Positions 13,901-29,202 of a stretch of DNA of 64,000 bases are shown here, in pieces. The notes below the pieces were generated by a model. The model was not told the DNA's origin. It did not search any database and saw nothing but the letters and a program-made list of their open reading frames with translations. Within the stretch, counting starts at the first letter, position 1, and each line of letters opens with the position of its first letter. The position numbers and the translations under genes were made by a program. Origin of the DNA: the human T2T-CHM13v2.0 reference genome, Homo sapiens; the NCBI RefSeq assembly GCF_009914755.1, contig NC_060925.1. One strand, written 5' to 3'.

Positions 13901-16251
13901 ACTACCATTATAACCTATGATCCAGTCTTCCTGTCATATTAGTTTCATTTCTTTTAAACATTTTTCCAATTTCAAGATGAAAGGTTAGAAAATGATTTCT
14001 GTGTTGCAACTTTCCCAAATATATCAGGATATTACCATTTTAGTGGCTTTAAAAATGCCAATTTTACAGTTATGATTTTCTAGGCATTAAAATTGACGTT
14101 ACATAAATACATATTTCTTCAAAGGCCTTAATAAAACAGAAAACAAAAAGCAATGAAAATGGTTTGTTAACATTTACACAGGGCTGCCTATGAGTAGTGA
14201 GATTTCTGGTAACTTTTACTATATTCTTTCCTTGTGTATGACCTATTAACACTTTTATTTTCTCAGAATTGGCACTTGTAAAAAGTAGTTGCTCACCTCT
14301 GCCTGAAGTCATTATCACACATTGATTATCAGTCAGTACCTTAGAGGAATTAGTTGCCAGTCAGGGACACTAAGAATCCTCACAGGATAGATATTTGAAG
14401 GACAGCAGAAGCTGAAGAGCAGGGAAAAGTGTTTTCAGGAAAAAAGAAATAAAGGTGTAAAGGTGTCTTTGGTGTTGATTAAATACAGTGGGCTATGTCA
14501 AGGGCTTCACATGTTCCTTTGTTGCAGTATATTTTCTATTACCAAAAATGAGCCTTCCTTACCTGAAACTAACCATCACAAATTCCTCCTTTTAATAATG
14601 AAGTTAGGTAACTTGCCCAAGGTTGTATCTATGAAAGAGCCAAAATATAAAACCAAATGTGTTTGAATCTTATAATTCTTCCAAGGCCTTATGAATCATC
14701 TTATAATAACAAGATAAATATGTGTTTTTTAATATTTGCATATGCTTCTGCAGTTAAAAATACTTTTTGTGAAGTATTTCACCTAATCCCCACACATACA
14801 CACAAAAATATCCTGTTGAATATCATTACACCATTTTACAGATGAAATTGGAAAGCTCAGAATGTGCAATTAATTTAAAATCATATTGCCAGAGCTGTAT
14901 CTTAAATCAATAATTTCTGACTCGGTCCAGTGTCTTTCCAATGTACTACACTATTTTCATTCATTAGTTATTTACACATACAAAATATTGAAATGAAGTC
15001 TACACAAGCCAAACCCTCACCCCCAAACCAAAACTGTGATTCTTGTTCACAAAAACACATAATTTAGTGTGAGAAATAAAATATGCATTCACAAAAGAAC
15101 TAACCCTTTTCAGAGTACAGATGAACAAATACAGGATTAAACATAATTTCCATGTATGATTCCAACTGCCCCTCAAACATTCCCCACAACTCCATTTTCC
15201 CTAATATCTAAATCAGTCTTGGAAGGAGGAACATAATGTATGCATTTCTTTCACCATCTGTCAGTTTTCACTGATTTGGAGATTCATCCCTTCCTTTAGT
15301 TATTCTACACGTATTAAATCCTACTGATAGCCAGACTCCTGTGTACCACGCAGTAGGGCTATATAGTGTTTAAAAAAAAAAAAACAAAAAACAAAAAACA
15401 AACAAAAAAGCACTATCTTTCCTTCATGGAGTTTACCAACCCTTGCAGTGCTTAGTGGAAAATTTCTACTTCAATCAATAGCACCATTAGCTGGAATCTA
15501 GATTCCAAAAATTTCCTAACACTTCCTTCTCTTCAGCAATTCCCTGTTTTAAGTGCAAGGCTGCTTTAAGTGTAGCTGTTTGTAAGACAAGGGAGATTAT
15601 TATCAGACACCCATTGTGATGGCCTTCACTTACCATTCTTCTCATTCCTGATTAACGTTCAGTGGCCTTGTCGGAGATTCTCCTCTACTATGCCAGCCTG
15701 CCACTTCCAGATATGTTTCACCTCCCTTCTTTGCCTGCACCACTCTGAACAGGATTTCTGGAAACCTTTTGTGCAAGCTATAATAATGCTTCTTTTTCTA
15801 AATATACTGATAAAAGTATGAATGCGACTGATTGTGATACTAATCAAGGATTAGAAAAGGGAATGCTTCCACAGTAGCCCATTTTAACCCTCTATTTCAC
15901 TCATGTTGATGAGGAATAGTTTTCTAGTTTCAAATATTAGCCAGGTACAGAACCAAGTGAGACTGTAAGTCTTGGTGGAGCCAGTTAACTGTGTCCATTT
16001 CCTTGATCTTCCATCTGAGTTAGGACTGTTTCTTAATTGCACTTGTAATATTCTTGTGCTGATTGCCCAGGTCCCTGAGGATCGCCAATGTGAAGTGCAC
16101 TAGACCTATATATGTATGGCTGTCAGTGCACAAAGTTTCTAGTTGATACCATAATCCAAAGGAGCAGGGAGAGCACTCTGACTCAGCTGGGGTGTCTGGA
16201 TGGCCTAATCCTCCTCTGGAAAGAGTTCATAAACTTTTTCATGTGTAATTC

Positions 16252-17073
16252 TGATATGGACAGGAGGCAGGGAAATACTGGGTAGAAGAGGGCAGTCCCC
16301 GGTGAGGGCCCCACCCTCGAGCCTGGACAAGTGGCCCAAAGTGAGAACTTTACCTCCCCGTTTTCCCACTCGAATGTTACCTTTTCAAAAACCACCCTGG
16401 CCTGCCCTGTCTCCCATCTTGTACCCATGAAAACCCCAGGCTCCACTGGCAGAGGAGCAGCAGAGAAGGAAAGAAGAGAAGAAGGAGCTTGACATCAGCG
16501 AGGAGCAGCAGAGAAGGAAAGAAGAGAAGAAGGAGCTTGACATCAGCGAGAAGCAGCCTTGACTTCACAGGGACAGCTTGACAGTGGGACCTCAAAGAAG
16601 AGTTCAGCTGGGGATAGTCGATTTCCAGGGGAAGACTAGCTTCCCACTCCATCCCCTTTCCAGCTCTCCATCCCTTCCCACCTTCCAACAGCACTAAAAT
16701 TCCTGGCATTTATCATCTTCAATTTGCTTGTGCAACCTGATTCTTCCTAGATGCCAAACAAGAGCTTGGGATACAGGGGGCTGTCACACTGAGCTGTTAA
16801 ACGCGTAAGACATTCACGGATGACAAAGCTAAAAGAGCGCACTGGAACACACACCCTCTGGGGCTCCAGGGGTTGTGGGTATCCCCCTAGATGCTGCTGT
16901 GGTGCGGCACAGAGTCCTGCTCCTGCTGGTGCCCCGAAGCGCTCATCCCAGACCCTGCACTCGCTCACCTTCGTGCTCCCTGTCCCATGAAGGATTGAGA
17001 GCTGTGGGCTGAGTAAACAAGCCATCCCCTTCATGAAGACCGTGAAAGCATCAGACAAAAATTTCCTGTTTCA
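16252..17073 (+). mobile_element. ERV1 solo LTR (LTR1-family-like) with 4-bp TSD ATTC
   Basis: TGATA...TTTCA termini; ATTC at 16248-16251 and 17074-17077; GC-rich LTR1/MER52-type body. Confidence 0.85.
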
Positions 17074-17616
17074 ATTCTAGCATTATGAGAGCTCTCAGAG
17101 AAATCATCATTTGCTTTATGTTAAAGAAGACCAAGTCTTCCCTGTGTTTTCATGGTTGCTAATATATGGTCTTCTTTCAAGTTCATCACCAAGTTAATCT
17201 CACTGTCCAGATCTACATTTTTTGAAGACTTCCATTGGTCTACAGGATTTGTAGACAACCAAAAAATTGCTAAAGAGAGTTGCCATTTATCTTACACCCT
17301 GGCAGACTCTTTTTTTCAGTAATTCTTAAGCATTGGATTGTATCAACTAACCAGTTCCAGCCCTTTGAGGTTCTGTTAAGTGCACTTTGAATTCTGTGAA
17401 TTTGCTGAAGCCTTCAGTCAAATAATTTGAAAATAGGGGTACAAATAGGGTCAGAGTCTTTAGGTCAGAAAAATATTACACTCAAATTTCAATTCCCATT
17501 TTTTCCAATAACCTTCTCTAAGTAGAACAGTAATATATATATTTGTTTTATACAATTATTTTAGAAATTGTCTAAGCTAAAAGTGGTATTGACTTACTAC
17601 AATTCAGACTACTCTT

Positions 17617-17999
<383 letters not shown>

Positions 18000-18181
18000 T
18001 CAGGCACTAGGATATTAACTGATACCACAAGGATCAATGATTACATGGTGTCTAACTTTGAGATCACAGTAATAGAAATTAAGTGAGTTAACTAAAAAAG
18101 AACAAAGAAAATACGGATCCAAGAAGGTCTTTTACAATGGCAGAAGTTACTTTGTGCTAACTTTATCATAAACTTGGAAAT

Positions 18182-18400
18182 TTAATAACAATTGTTAATA
18201 ATTGCATAGTATTCACCATGTACCAGATATGTTCTAAGTGATTCTTTATCCCTGGAAAACATTGCTATTCCTCTTCTGCAAATGAGGAAATTGAGACACA
18301 GAGAGGTAATGCCACTGGAGTAATTCCAGACAACCCAGAAACTGAACCCGGGCAGCTTGGCTTCAATGTCCAACCTCCTAACAAGTTTATGGTACAGCCT
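18182..18400 (-). mobile_element. MIR
   Basis: aatgaggaaattgagacacagagaggtaa..gaacccgggcag antisense MIR core. Confidence 0.8.
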
Positions 18401-19179
18401 CTCACTAAACTCTGCTCTTGACCACTGGGTCTTCAACTGCCCTCTTCTTTCCCCTGTTTTGAAAGTTTTACACTTTTCTTATTCTCTTATCTCATTACAC
18501 TATTATTATTGCCTGGAATGCTCTTCTTTCATCTGCCTTGTGGCACTAACTTTTACTCAGCATACAAAACTCAGTTCATGGTTTACTCTCTCTCTTGAAT
18601 GTTTAGTCTAATTTAGAGGTACCACCTCTAGATTCCCATAGTGTCTTGTGAATATGTATCTGTATAACTAATATTTGTTGAGCATTGATATGTATTAAGA
18701 GATAAGGCCTTCCCATGGATTATTTTGTTCCATCTTTGCAACAGGCCTATAGGGAAGGCGCTCCATTTCACTGAAAGAATATTAGGACATCGTCATAATT
18801 AAGGAAACAGCTTAAGGTTAGAATTAATTAATTAATAGTAACTGACAATGTCAAGATTCCAACTCAGACAATCTGATTCCCAATGCCTTGCTCTTAAGCA
18901 TCATACCCATATGTGTGTTGCATACATGTGCACACACACACAAAATTACAATCACAGTACTTGCTTCATTTGCATCTCACCTTTACTGAAAGCACCTTGA
19001 GAGTCAGCCATGTCTTATTTTATTTTGTATTCCCAGTTCCTACCACAGTGCCTAGCAAATAAATACAGCATAAAATCTTAACTTCTGTTAATCTTTCTTA
19101 TTGTACCTTATTGGTCCCTTGGGGTTGTTTTGTTTGTTTGTTTGTTTTTCCTTTAGTCCTTCACCTGATACTTATTTTA

Positions 19180-19640
19180 TGTTGTTTCCCAGGACTTGAA
19201 ACCTTAGCCTTTTCAGTCTCTCAAGATTGACTACTATGGCATTAGCTCCCACCTGTTATACACATGATTTCCAAATTCAAAGGACCTGTACTCTCTTGGA
19301 ATTTATCCTTCTCCATACCTTTGTACATTCTGAACCTTCTACCTGGAATGTCTTTCTTTCCTTTCTCTGACCTAAAAATTCCAAACTTTTCTTCTGGTTT
19401 CAGCTCAGCCATGAGTTCTCTTAAGTTCATATGTTCCTTCCTCTGTAGTTCTTACCTACGTTTCTTTGGTAGCATATCTTGTGAATTGCATCATATTACA
19501 ATTATGTTTACCTGTATCTCTTGACCTTAAGAGATTCTCAAAAAGAGCTGTGCTATATTCATTTTGGTATCCTAGTTTCTGGAAGAGTATATCACAGGAA
19601 GTGTGCTCAGAAAATTCTTTAATAAATGAATGAATGAGAA
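19180..19640 (+). mobile_element. L2 3' fragment
   Basis: ccttctacctggaatgtcttt...ending in the L2 terminus aataaatgaatgaatga. Confidence 0.65.
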
Positions 19641-22602
19641 ATCTGAAGAATATGTTTTTAATCATACTATATTTGCAAGAGGGTGCTTTTTATTGGGAAG
19701 CTATGTGTTAACATTCTGTCATTTTATAATGAAAGTAATTTAAAGATAGCATAAACAAACAGTATGTTATCTCTACTTCAAATATAGATTTAATGTAAGG
19801 AGATTAATATTTTATTCTGTCTTTGTATGCCTTTTCAATGTGTAATTAACAATAGCAGGACACATTTAACCTTATCACTAATATCCAAGCTTCTGCTTTT
19901 TGAAGAGTCAAAATCCTTTGCCCAACTTGTGCTTGCCCCAGGTCACGAGTCCACATCAGTGCTTCCGGTACAGAAGCAATTTTTTCTCTTTACTAGGGTA
20001 GCAGGGTCATCTGATTGGACTTTCCATGGTCCTGGCTGAATAGGAAGGGAATTAAATTGCAGTGTCAAAGGAAATTACTCATTCTAAGAAGCATTCACAC
20101 ATTATCTATGGCCAAAACCATCTCTGACACTCATTTATGATTAAAATTAAAAGTAAGAAAGAAGAGGCAGTTTGGCAGCACTTCTATGAAAATAAAAATG
20201 TGAGGACCAAATTAAATCGATGGTGCTGATCTGTGGCACACCAGATAAGAAAGTGGTTTTCTCAGTGGTGTTTTAGAATTTAGAGACATACCCAGTGAGA
20301 CAGGAGAGGAAATGTATGCTCCAGTGTGAGTTAGTCTATACAGAACTTCCTTCTAGAACAAACCTTATTTAGGTTGATGCCCAATAAATTCAAGTCACTC
20401 AGACATTCTCTCATGGAAAGTTGTGAGGGAGCAAAGGTTTTTTTTTTTTTTTAAATGGAACCTTAAAGATCTTAAAGGAGAAACTTTCTCTAAAACAAGC
20501 CCATTTTCCACATCGTCAATGGGCATGCACTGCTCTTATTTTATTTTTGCCATAGTCCCAATCATATGTTTGAAACCTATCACATGTCTAAGGTAATCGA
20601 CGGTTACAAAGAATGGTGGAAAACATAATTTCTTGATAACATATCCCTGAAATAACATGGAGTTGAGGTCAAAATGTATCCTTTAAGACATTTCAAAATT
20701 ATACAGCCTGGCTTTAAAACTGGGCTGAATCCTTTGCCTATAGAGGAAATAAAATTAAAATGTTAGATTTAAAAGGAAACTCAATATTGATTATTAGAAG
20801 TAAAAATATATTTTTTTGAAAGGCCATGGAACTATTTTAGTTCCTGGAATAAATATAGCAGCAAAGATAGTTTAAAAGAGAAAGGCCTCTAGATTTATTT
20901 AAAGACATGTCATCTCTGTGGCCTCTTCAAAAAGGGCAGACAAAACAAAAATGATTTATCAGTAGGGCTATTTACCTTTCAGAAAACTGTGATTTTTTTT
21001 TTGTTTTTTTATGTAGGCCTATTTTTATACTTTTATTTTATTGCCTGGTACTTAAGCACTTAAGAATGTTTTTCTTCAAACATCAGATTTCTCAACCTAG
21101 TAAGCATGTATATTAGCCTTATAAAAGCAAGCTCTTTTCAAATTTGAAGTAACAGTTTACTATTTATTTCATTCTGATTTTTAAGCATTTTAATGGAAGT
21201 GATACTTAACGTTACTCTCATGTGACCATACAACCAGATGGTTCTACCTTTCTATAAAAACATGTTTGTAGAGCTCATTGGGAGTTACATATATTTGTGT
21301 ATCTATGATGTACCTGCCTGCTAAAGCTCATCAACACTAATGAAGAATTAGTACCAATTACTCTAGTAAATGCTAGTAACTGCATTTATTTTAGATCAAA
21401 ATTTGAACTAAACAAATACAAATTCAAATTCTAGGTTTTTATATTTCCTTTAGGAAGTGTGAATTCCAATGAAAACTATTTATTTCCTGAGAAATAAATA
21501 GAAGATGGGTAGTGGTTACTATTTTTCAGACAAATGTATTCAATGCAGACTGTGAAACTGACTGTGTCTGTGAGTGGAACTAGACTTAGTTAGTGACAGT
21601 CAGATTTCCAGAACACTGAACCTGTGAAACAAAGATTTTTTTGGATCCTGCTATAGGGCTAGAATTATAATACAACAAGCATAGGTATTTAACAGCAGAT
21701 AACCATTTTAAGAACAACCAAAATTTCCCACCTGAATATTTCCCCTTGGTAAGATTATTGTCATAAATGCCCAAATGAATCTACTAAAAATATTATTTAA
21801 ATGTCCATATGTTTTAGATCCTATATTGAGTCCATAGAAATTACAACAAATACTGAGGAATTAGAGTTACAGTGGAATTAATCAAATCAAATTAAATCTC
21901 CATTCCAATTGTATCATGTACCTTTGACAATTTTCTGTGCATTTTTTATGATCTTGAAAGAAATCAATTGGTCTTGTCTGAATTTGGCTGTGCCACTAAA
22001 TGATATCAAGCTATGTCATCACTATGATTCTTGGGTCAGTCTACTATTTTATAACAAATGATAGCTGGAAAAAGATTCCATCTGGCAATTTAGTCATAAT
22101 TTTAACCAAGTATCAGTGGAATTCAAATTTACTTTGGTCAATCACTCTAATAGGTTTTAAAAAATCAAAGTAATCTAATAAATTTCAATTTTCCATTAAG
22201 TAACTTATTTTTCTTAATTTAGTTATTAATACACATATTAAGTATCTTCTATTTAATATGTTATTTTATCTTTTAACAGCATGATGAGGTCAATATTATT
22301 TCCACACCTTATAGGTGAAAAAATCAAGACTCATAAATTTAGCCAACTTTTCCTCTGACACAGAGCTAATAGGTTGGGGAATTTAGATTTGGGCTCAATT
22401 CTTTCTCTTTGCAAAGTTCAGCTCTTTATCCCAACACCAGTGTTTTCCAAACTGCACTCTGTGTTTTTCTAGAAATGTCTGTCAATAGATACTCTGAGAA
22501 AAAAGTATGCAAGTAACTTTTTTTCCTAAAATAAATCTTTTTAATGTATACGTAAAGAATATAATAAATTCATGCTTACTATTATTATACAACAATCTTT
22601 CT

Positions 22603-22934
22603 CTTTTTTTCTTTTCTTTTTTTCTTTTTTCTTTTTTTTTTTTTTTTTTTTGAGACAGAATCTCACTCTGCTGCCCAGGCTGGAGTGCAGTGGTCCAGTC
22701 TCGGTTCACTGCAACCCTCCTCCTCCAGGGTCCAAGCAATTCTCACGCCTTAGCCTCCTGAGTAGCTGGGATTACAGGCACGTGCCACCACGCCAAGCTA
22801 ATTTTCATATTTTTAGTAGGGACGGGGTTTTACCATGTTGGCAAGACTGGTCTTGAACTCCTGAACTCAAGCAATCCCCCTACCTCAGCCTCCCAAAGTA
22901 CTGGGATTATAGGCGTGAGCCACTGGGCCTGGCC
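22603..22934 (-). mobile_element. AluS/J, TSD AACAATCTTTCT
   Basis: Antisense Alu; TSD 22591-22602 and 22935-22946. Confidence 0.95.
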
Positions 22935-23044
22935 AACAATCTTTCTTTAACAATAAAGTGTTATATTTATAATTGTGTGTACAATAAAAACATGTTTTAA
23001 GGGCCAATGAAAGATTAGCACAGAATTCAGAACTATCATTTCCT

Positions 23045-23488
23045 TGTGTCTGAGCTTAGGCTGCTATAACAAAATACCACATGCTAAGTGGCTTAAACAA
23101 CTAATCCTTATTTCTGATAGTGGGGTAGGCTGGGAATTCCAAGATCAGTGGGCCAGCATACTCAGTTTTTGGTGAGGTTCCCTTCCAAGGCACATGGCTG
23201 TCTTTTCACCATATCCTCACAAGACAGAGAGAGAGAGAAAGAGAGTGTGACAGAGAGAGAGAGAGAAAGAGATTGTGACAGAGAGAGAGAGAGAAAGAGA
23301 GCATACACTGGTGCTTCCACTTCTTCTAAGGAAACTAAATCCAATTGCTGGGGCTCCACCTTTAGGACCTCGTCTGAACCTAATTACCTCTCAAAGTCCT
23401 CACCTCCTAATACCATACCCCTAATACATTTGGGAGTGGGACTTCAACATATAAATTTTGAGGAGACACAAGCATTCAGTCCATAACA
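23045..23488 (-). mobile_element. MaLR LTR (MLT1A/MST-like) containing a (GA)n/GTGACA simple repeat at 23224-23300
   Basis: ggctgctataacaaaataccac..ggcttaaacaa..aattttgaggagacacaagcattcagtccataaca. Confidence 0.85.
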
Positions 23489-23584
23489 GCTAAGGTGGCA
23501 AATAATTATGTGGTAGTTTAAGGGAGTAAAACACAATAAACTGTAAGTTATTGTCAATAATCTGGTTTATGGATTTCATAGTAG

Positions 23585-23780
<196 letters not shown>

Positions 23781-23939
23781 CGATGTTCTATGATAGCACA
23801 TTTGTAGCCTGAGATTGGCCATGCTGTGAGTATTTATAAACAGAAATGGCAAATGTTACAAATCAGGTTTAATTTATTGTTTTGTTAATTGTCTGGACTT
23901 AAGAAAGTGACACAGAAAATGTTAATACAGCAGATTATA

Positions 23940-24236
<297 letters not shown>

Positions 24237-25989
24237 GCAGATTATATTTAAAAGTGTGTTTTGTCCAGAACTGTTACATCAGTAACATAAAAAATCAAGG
24301 AAATATTTTTCTCATATTTAAAAACTATTAATTTTCCAATTTGGCAAAGAAGCAGCTCATGCTATTGATCAAGTGAAGTTCCAGCATATGTCTTTGTTTT
24401 TTCACTTTTGTGTTATTCATTAAGGTAAACAAAAATATTAACCAGCATTTTCATCAGAACTGTATTCATTCATCAATAATAAATTCATTCATTCATCAAC
24501 TTTACTCAAAATCTGATTTTGTGACACTGTTGAAAAATTATAAAAACTGGTCATGAATTTTTGAAAGAAATAGTTACATTGAAGTATAGGTGTGTAACAT
24601 TTATAATAAATAATATTATATTTTTCACTATTGATAGAGTTAATGCTACATGGCATCTGGCTTCTAAGTGATCCAAGAGAGGAAGAACCAGTGGAAACTA
24701 CATGCTTTTTATGACCCAGCCTTAGAACTCACATAGTATCTTTCTTCATGAAACAAACCCAAATATAGGGCAGCTCTCAAAGAATGGTTAGTTATTAATA
24801 GATGCAAGTCACTAAGCCTGGGCCACCTCCAAGCCTAGGCTGCATTCTCTCTCTCTCTCTTCCTGGTGCGCTTATCCAAGGTGATACATTGCCATTGCAT
24901 CTCAAGAACAGCTACCAGTATTCCACTGATACATACGCATTTTAAAGAAACCCTCTGGCCAAATAACTTTTGATAGCCATGCATTCTGCTACATTGTCTC
25001 ATCTATTCTTATCACCACAAAATCAATCCCTTCCTCAAAGTAACTGGAAGATTAATCATATTTTTGTTAAAATATAATAAAGAGAAGTGATAAATTATCC
25101 ATTAATATTAAAATAAAAAATACAGATATAGAATAATTTTCACTTTGTAAATATTAATGCAACAGAATCTGTACAGCACCTAGAAAAAACAGGTGAATTG
25201 TTTTAGTCAACTAATCATAACTGTCCTAGATTCAGAATTATTTTGTGAAAGAATGAGAGAAAAAGAGAGAAAGAGAAAGGCAAGAAAGAAGTGGAAAGGA
25301 AGAAACTATATGTAAAAACGTAAAAATGCTTAGAATATTTTTCATTCATATTTTAAAATTCACTAGTAACAATATAGATATTCAATTGATATTATGAAGT
25401 TTGAAATATTCATTATGTATTATATTCACTTAACTAAGTACCATTTCAAAAGGTTTGAGCTTTTGTTGAACCTATTCTGGATTCTGAATTTTATGAAAAA
25501 ATAATTTTTTAATATTTCTAGCCTCTATTGTCTCACATTTGATTTTCTATGGCAAGATATAGACAGCAATAGCAATACTTTGCCTTTCCATAACAGTATC
25601 CACAGTGAGTTTGTAAAAATACTGTTAACCCAAAGCTAAGTTGCACGCTGATAAATATTAGAAATATTGACAGGTATTTGGGGAGTGGAGGATGAGGTAA
25701 AAGGGGAAAGAGGTGGAGACACTCACATGAGAATAAAATACTTTCTATAAAGGCTTGCAAAATATTTGCAAAATGAAAATTATCCATTATGCTTATGTAG
25801 AAATAAGTCAGAGTCACATTTTTGCAATTGCTATAATCCTTTGGGCTACTGTGAACACCCACTCCACATCTACAGCATTATAATCTCATAATCAGAAGGA
25901 ATAATTTGGTAAACCATCTTTATCTCAAGAATATGATCTTTCAGCTCAGTATAGTCCACATCCCAAATTTGATCATGTCAGCATCAGAG

Positions 25990-27770
<1,781 letters not shown>

Positions 27771-29178
27771 TCTCCTGTAGCTAAGAGTCTCTAAAATGCA
27801 CCTCCCCAACAGACACACACACATACACACACACTTGTGTACAAACACACATCCCTGATTTAATTCAGATGTTCCTGGTGTTTTAAAACAAGGCAACGAC
27901 AAACTCGTCCTCTGGTAATCAGAATCTACTTTTTGACAGTAGCCTTTCTCCTTCCCGTCTGCTTCACTTCTCTGACCAAAAAAGGTACAATTTGTATTTT
28001 GGTTCCAGAAAGGGAGTGGTGATATGGGGAGGGGGTTGTTGAAAACAATTTTATTAAACGCTTCAGAGGATTTCTCTGAACTTGGCTAAAAGTAAACATG
28101 AATTGAGATGAAAATGCTTGAGTTTGAGAGCCAGACCTTAGAAATGTTAAAAAAAGAAAGAAAACAAAACCAAGAATAAATAGCACCACCACCACCAACA
28201 ACAACAAAGAAAGGTCTAACAATGAATAGGTTTCAAAGACTTCTCTTTCTTGCTGTCATTAAAAAATAAAAACGTTTTAAAATTAGGATGATATAAAATA
28301 TGAGATGGCTGACCAAGCCTTTCCAGTGTAATACTGGGACACAGTAAACAATTACATTATATAAACCAACCATCTGAGAAGAGATGATAATTAAAGTAAT
28401 GCATCTGCATGCTTCATTGATTTATGAATTTGTTTAATGATTCCTGTTCAGAGTAGCAAAAGCTATTATGCATTCACTGATTTTAAGAGAAAATATATAA
28501 CTGCTTGACCTTTTGCTGCACCAATGGAAGTAATCTGCAGTAATACTCCAAGAGATTCAGTCACACTGATTTTTGATTACACTTAAACCATATATATATT
28601 TCCTTCATTGAAAAAGTTTTATGATTGTATATTCATAACTATTGATTGTTTTGGATGGAATCATGGAACCCAAGCAAAATTGCCTCCCAAGAGCTAAGAT
28701 TAGGCTTAAATCAATGCAAGCAAAGCCATTAAACCGTGTTGGGGATATTGGCACCAGGGCAGTCTGCATTCCTCACTCTACAGCACTAAAGAGGTGTCTG
28801 CTTGTAACCAGGTGCTGCTGCACAAATGCTAAGTGATAGGTGGCCATTCTTATCAGGGAATTTCTTTGTTTATATGGTGTTCAGTCACAAGCTGATCCTT
28901 CTATTCATGTTGTCTTAGGATGTAAACTTTCTTGTTTGTTTTCATTTCGTTTTAACCTGGGAGCCAGTAAACCTTGGCACACAGGCAAATCTGAGAAGGG
29001 AAAATGGAAATTTAAGACTAAGTGATCACAGGAATGGCAGGAATGTGGGATGGTATTGGTGCTCTGAATTTAGAACTCTTTAAAGAAGTTTTTTCCTTCT
29101 ACCCCACCCCCACCTATCTTGCACCAATCTCTTTTAAAAGTCAAAGATAGAGATGATAAAGACCTGTGTTGTGAGCTA

Positions 29179-29202
29179 CACACACACACACACACACACA
29201 CA
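29179..29202. repeat. (CA)12 microsatellite
   Basis: Perfect dinucleotide run. Confidence 0.95.
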
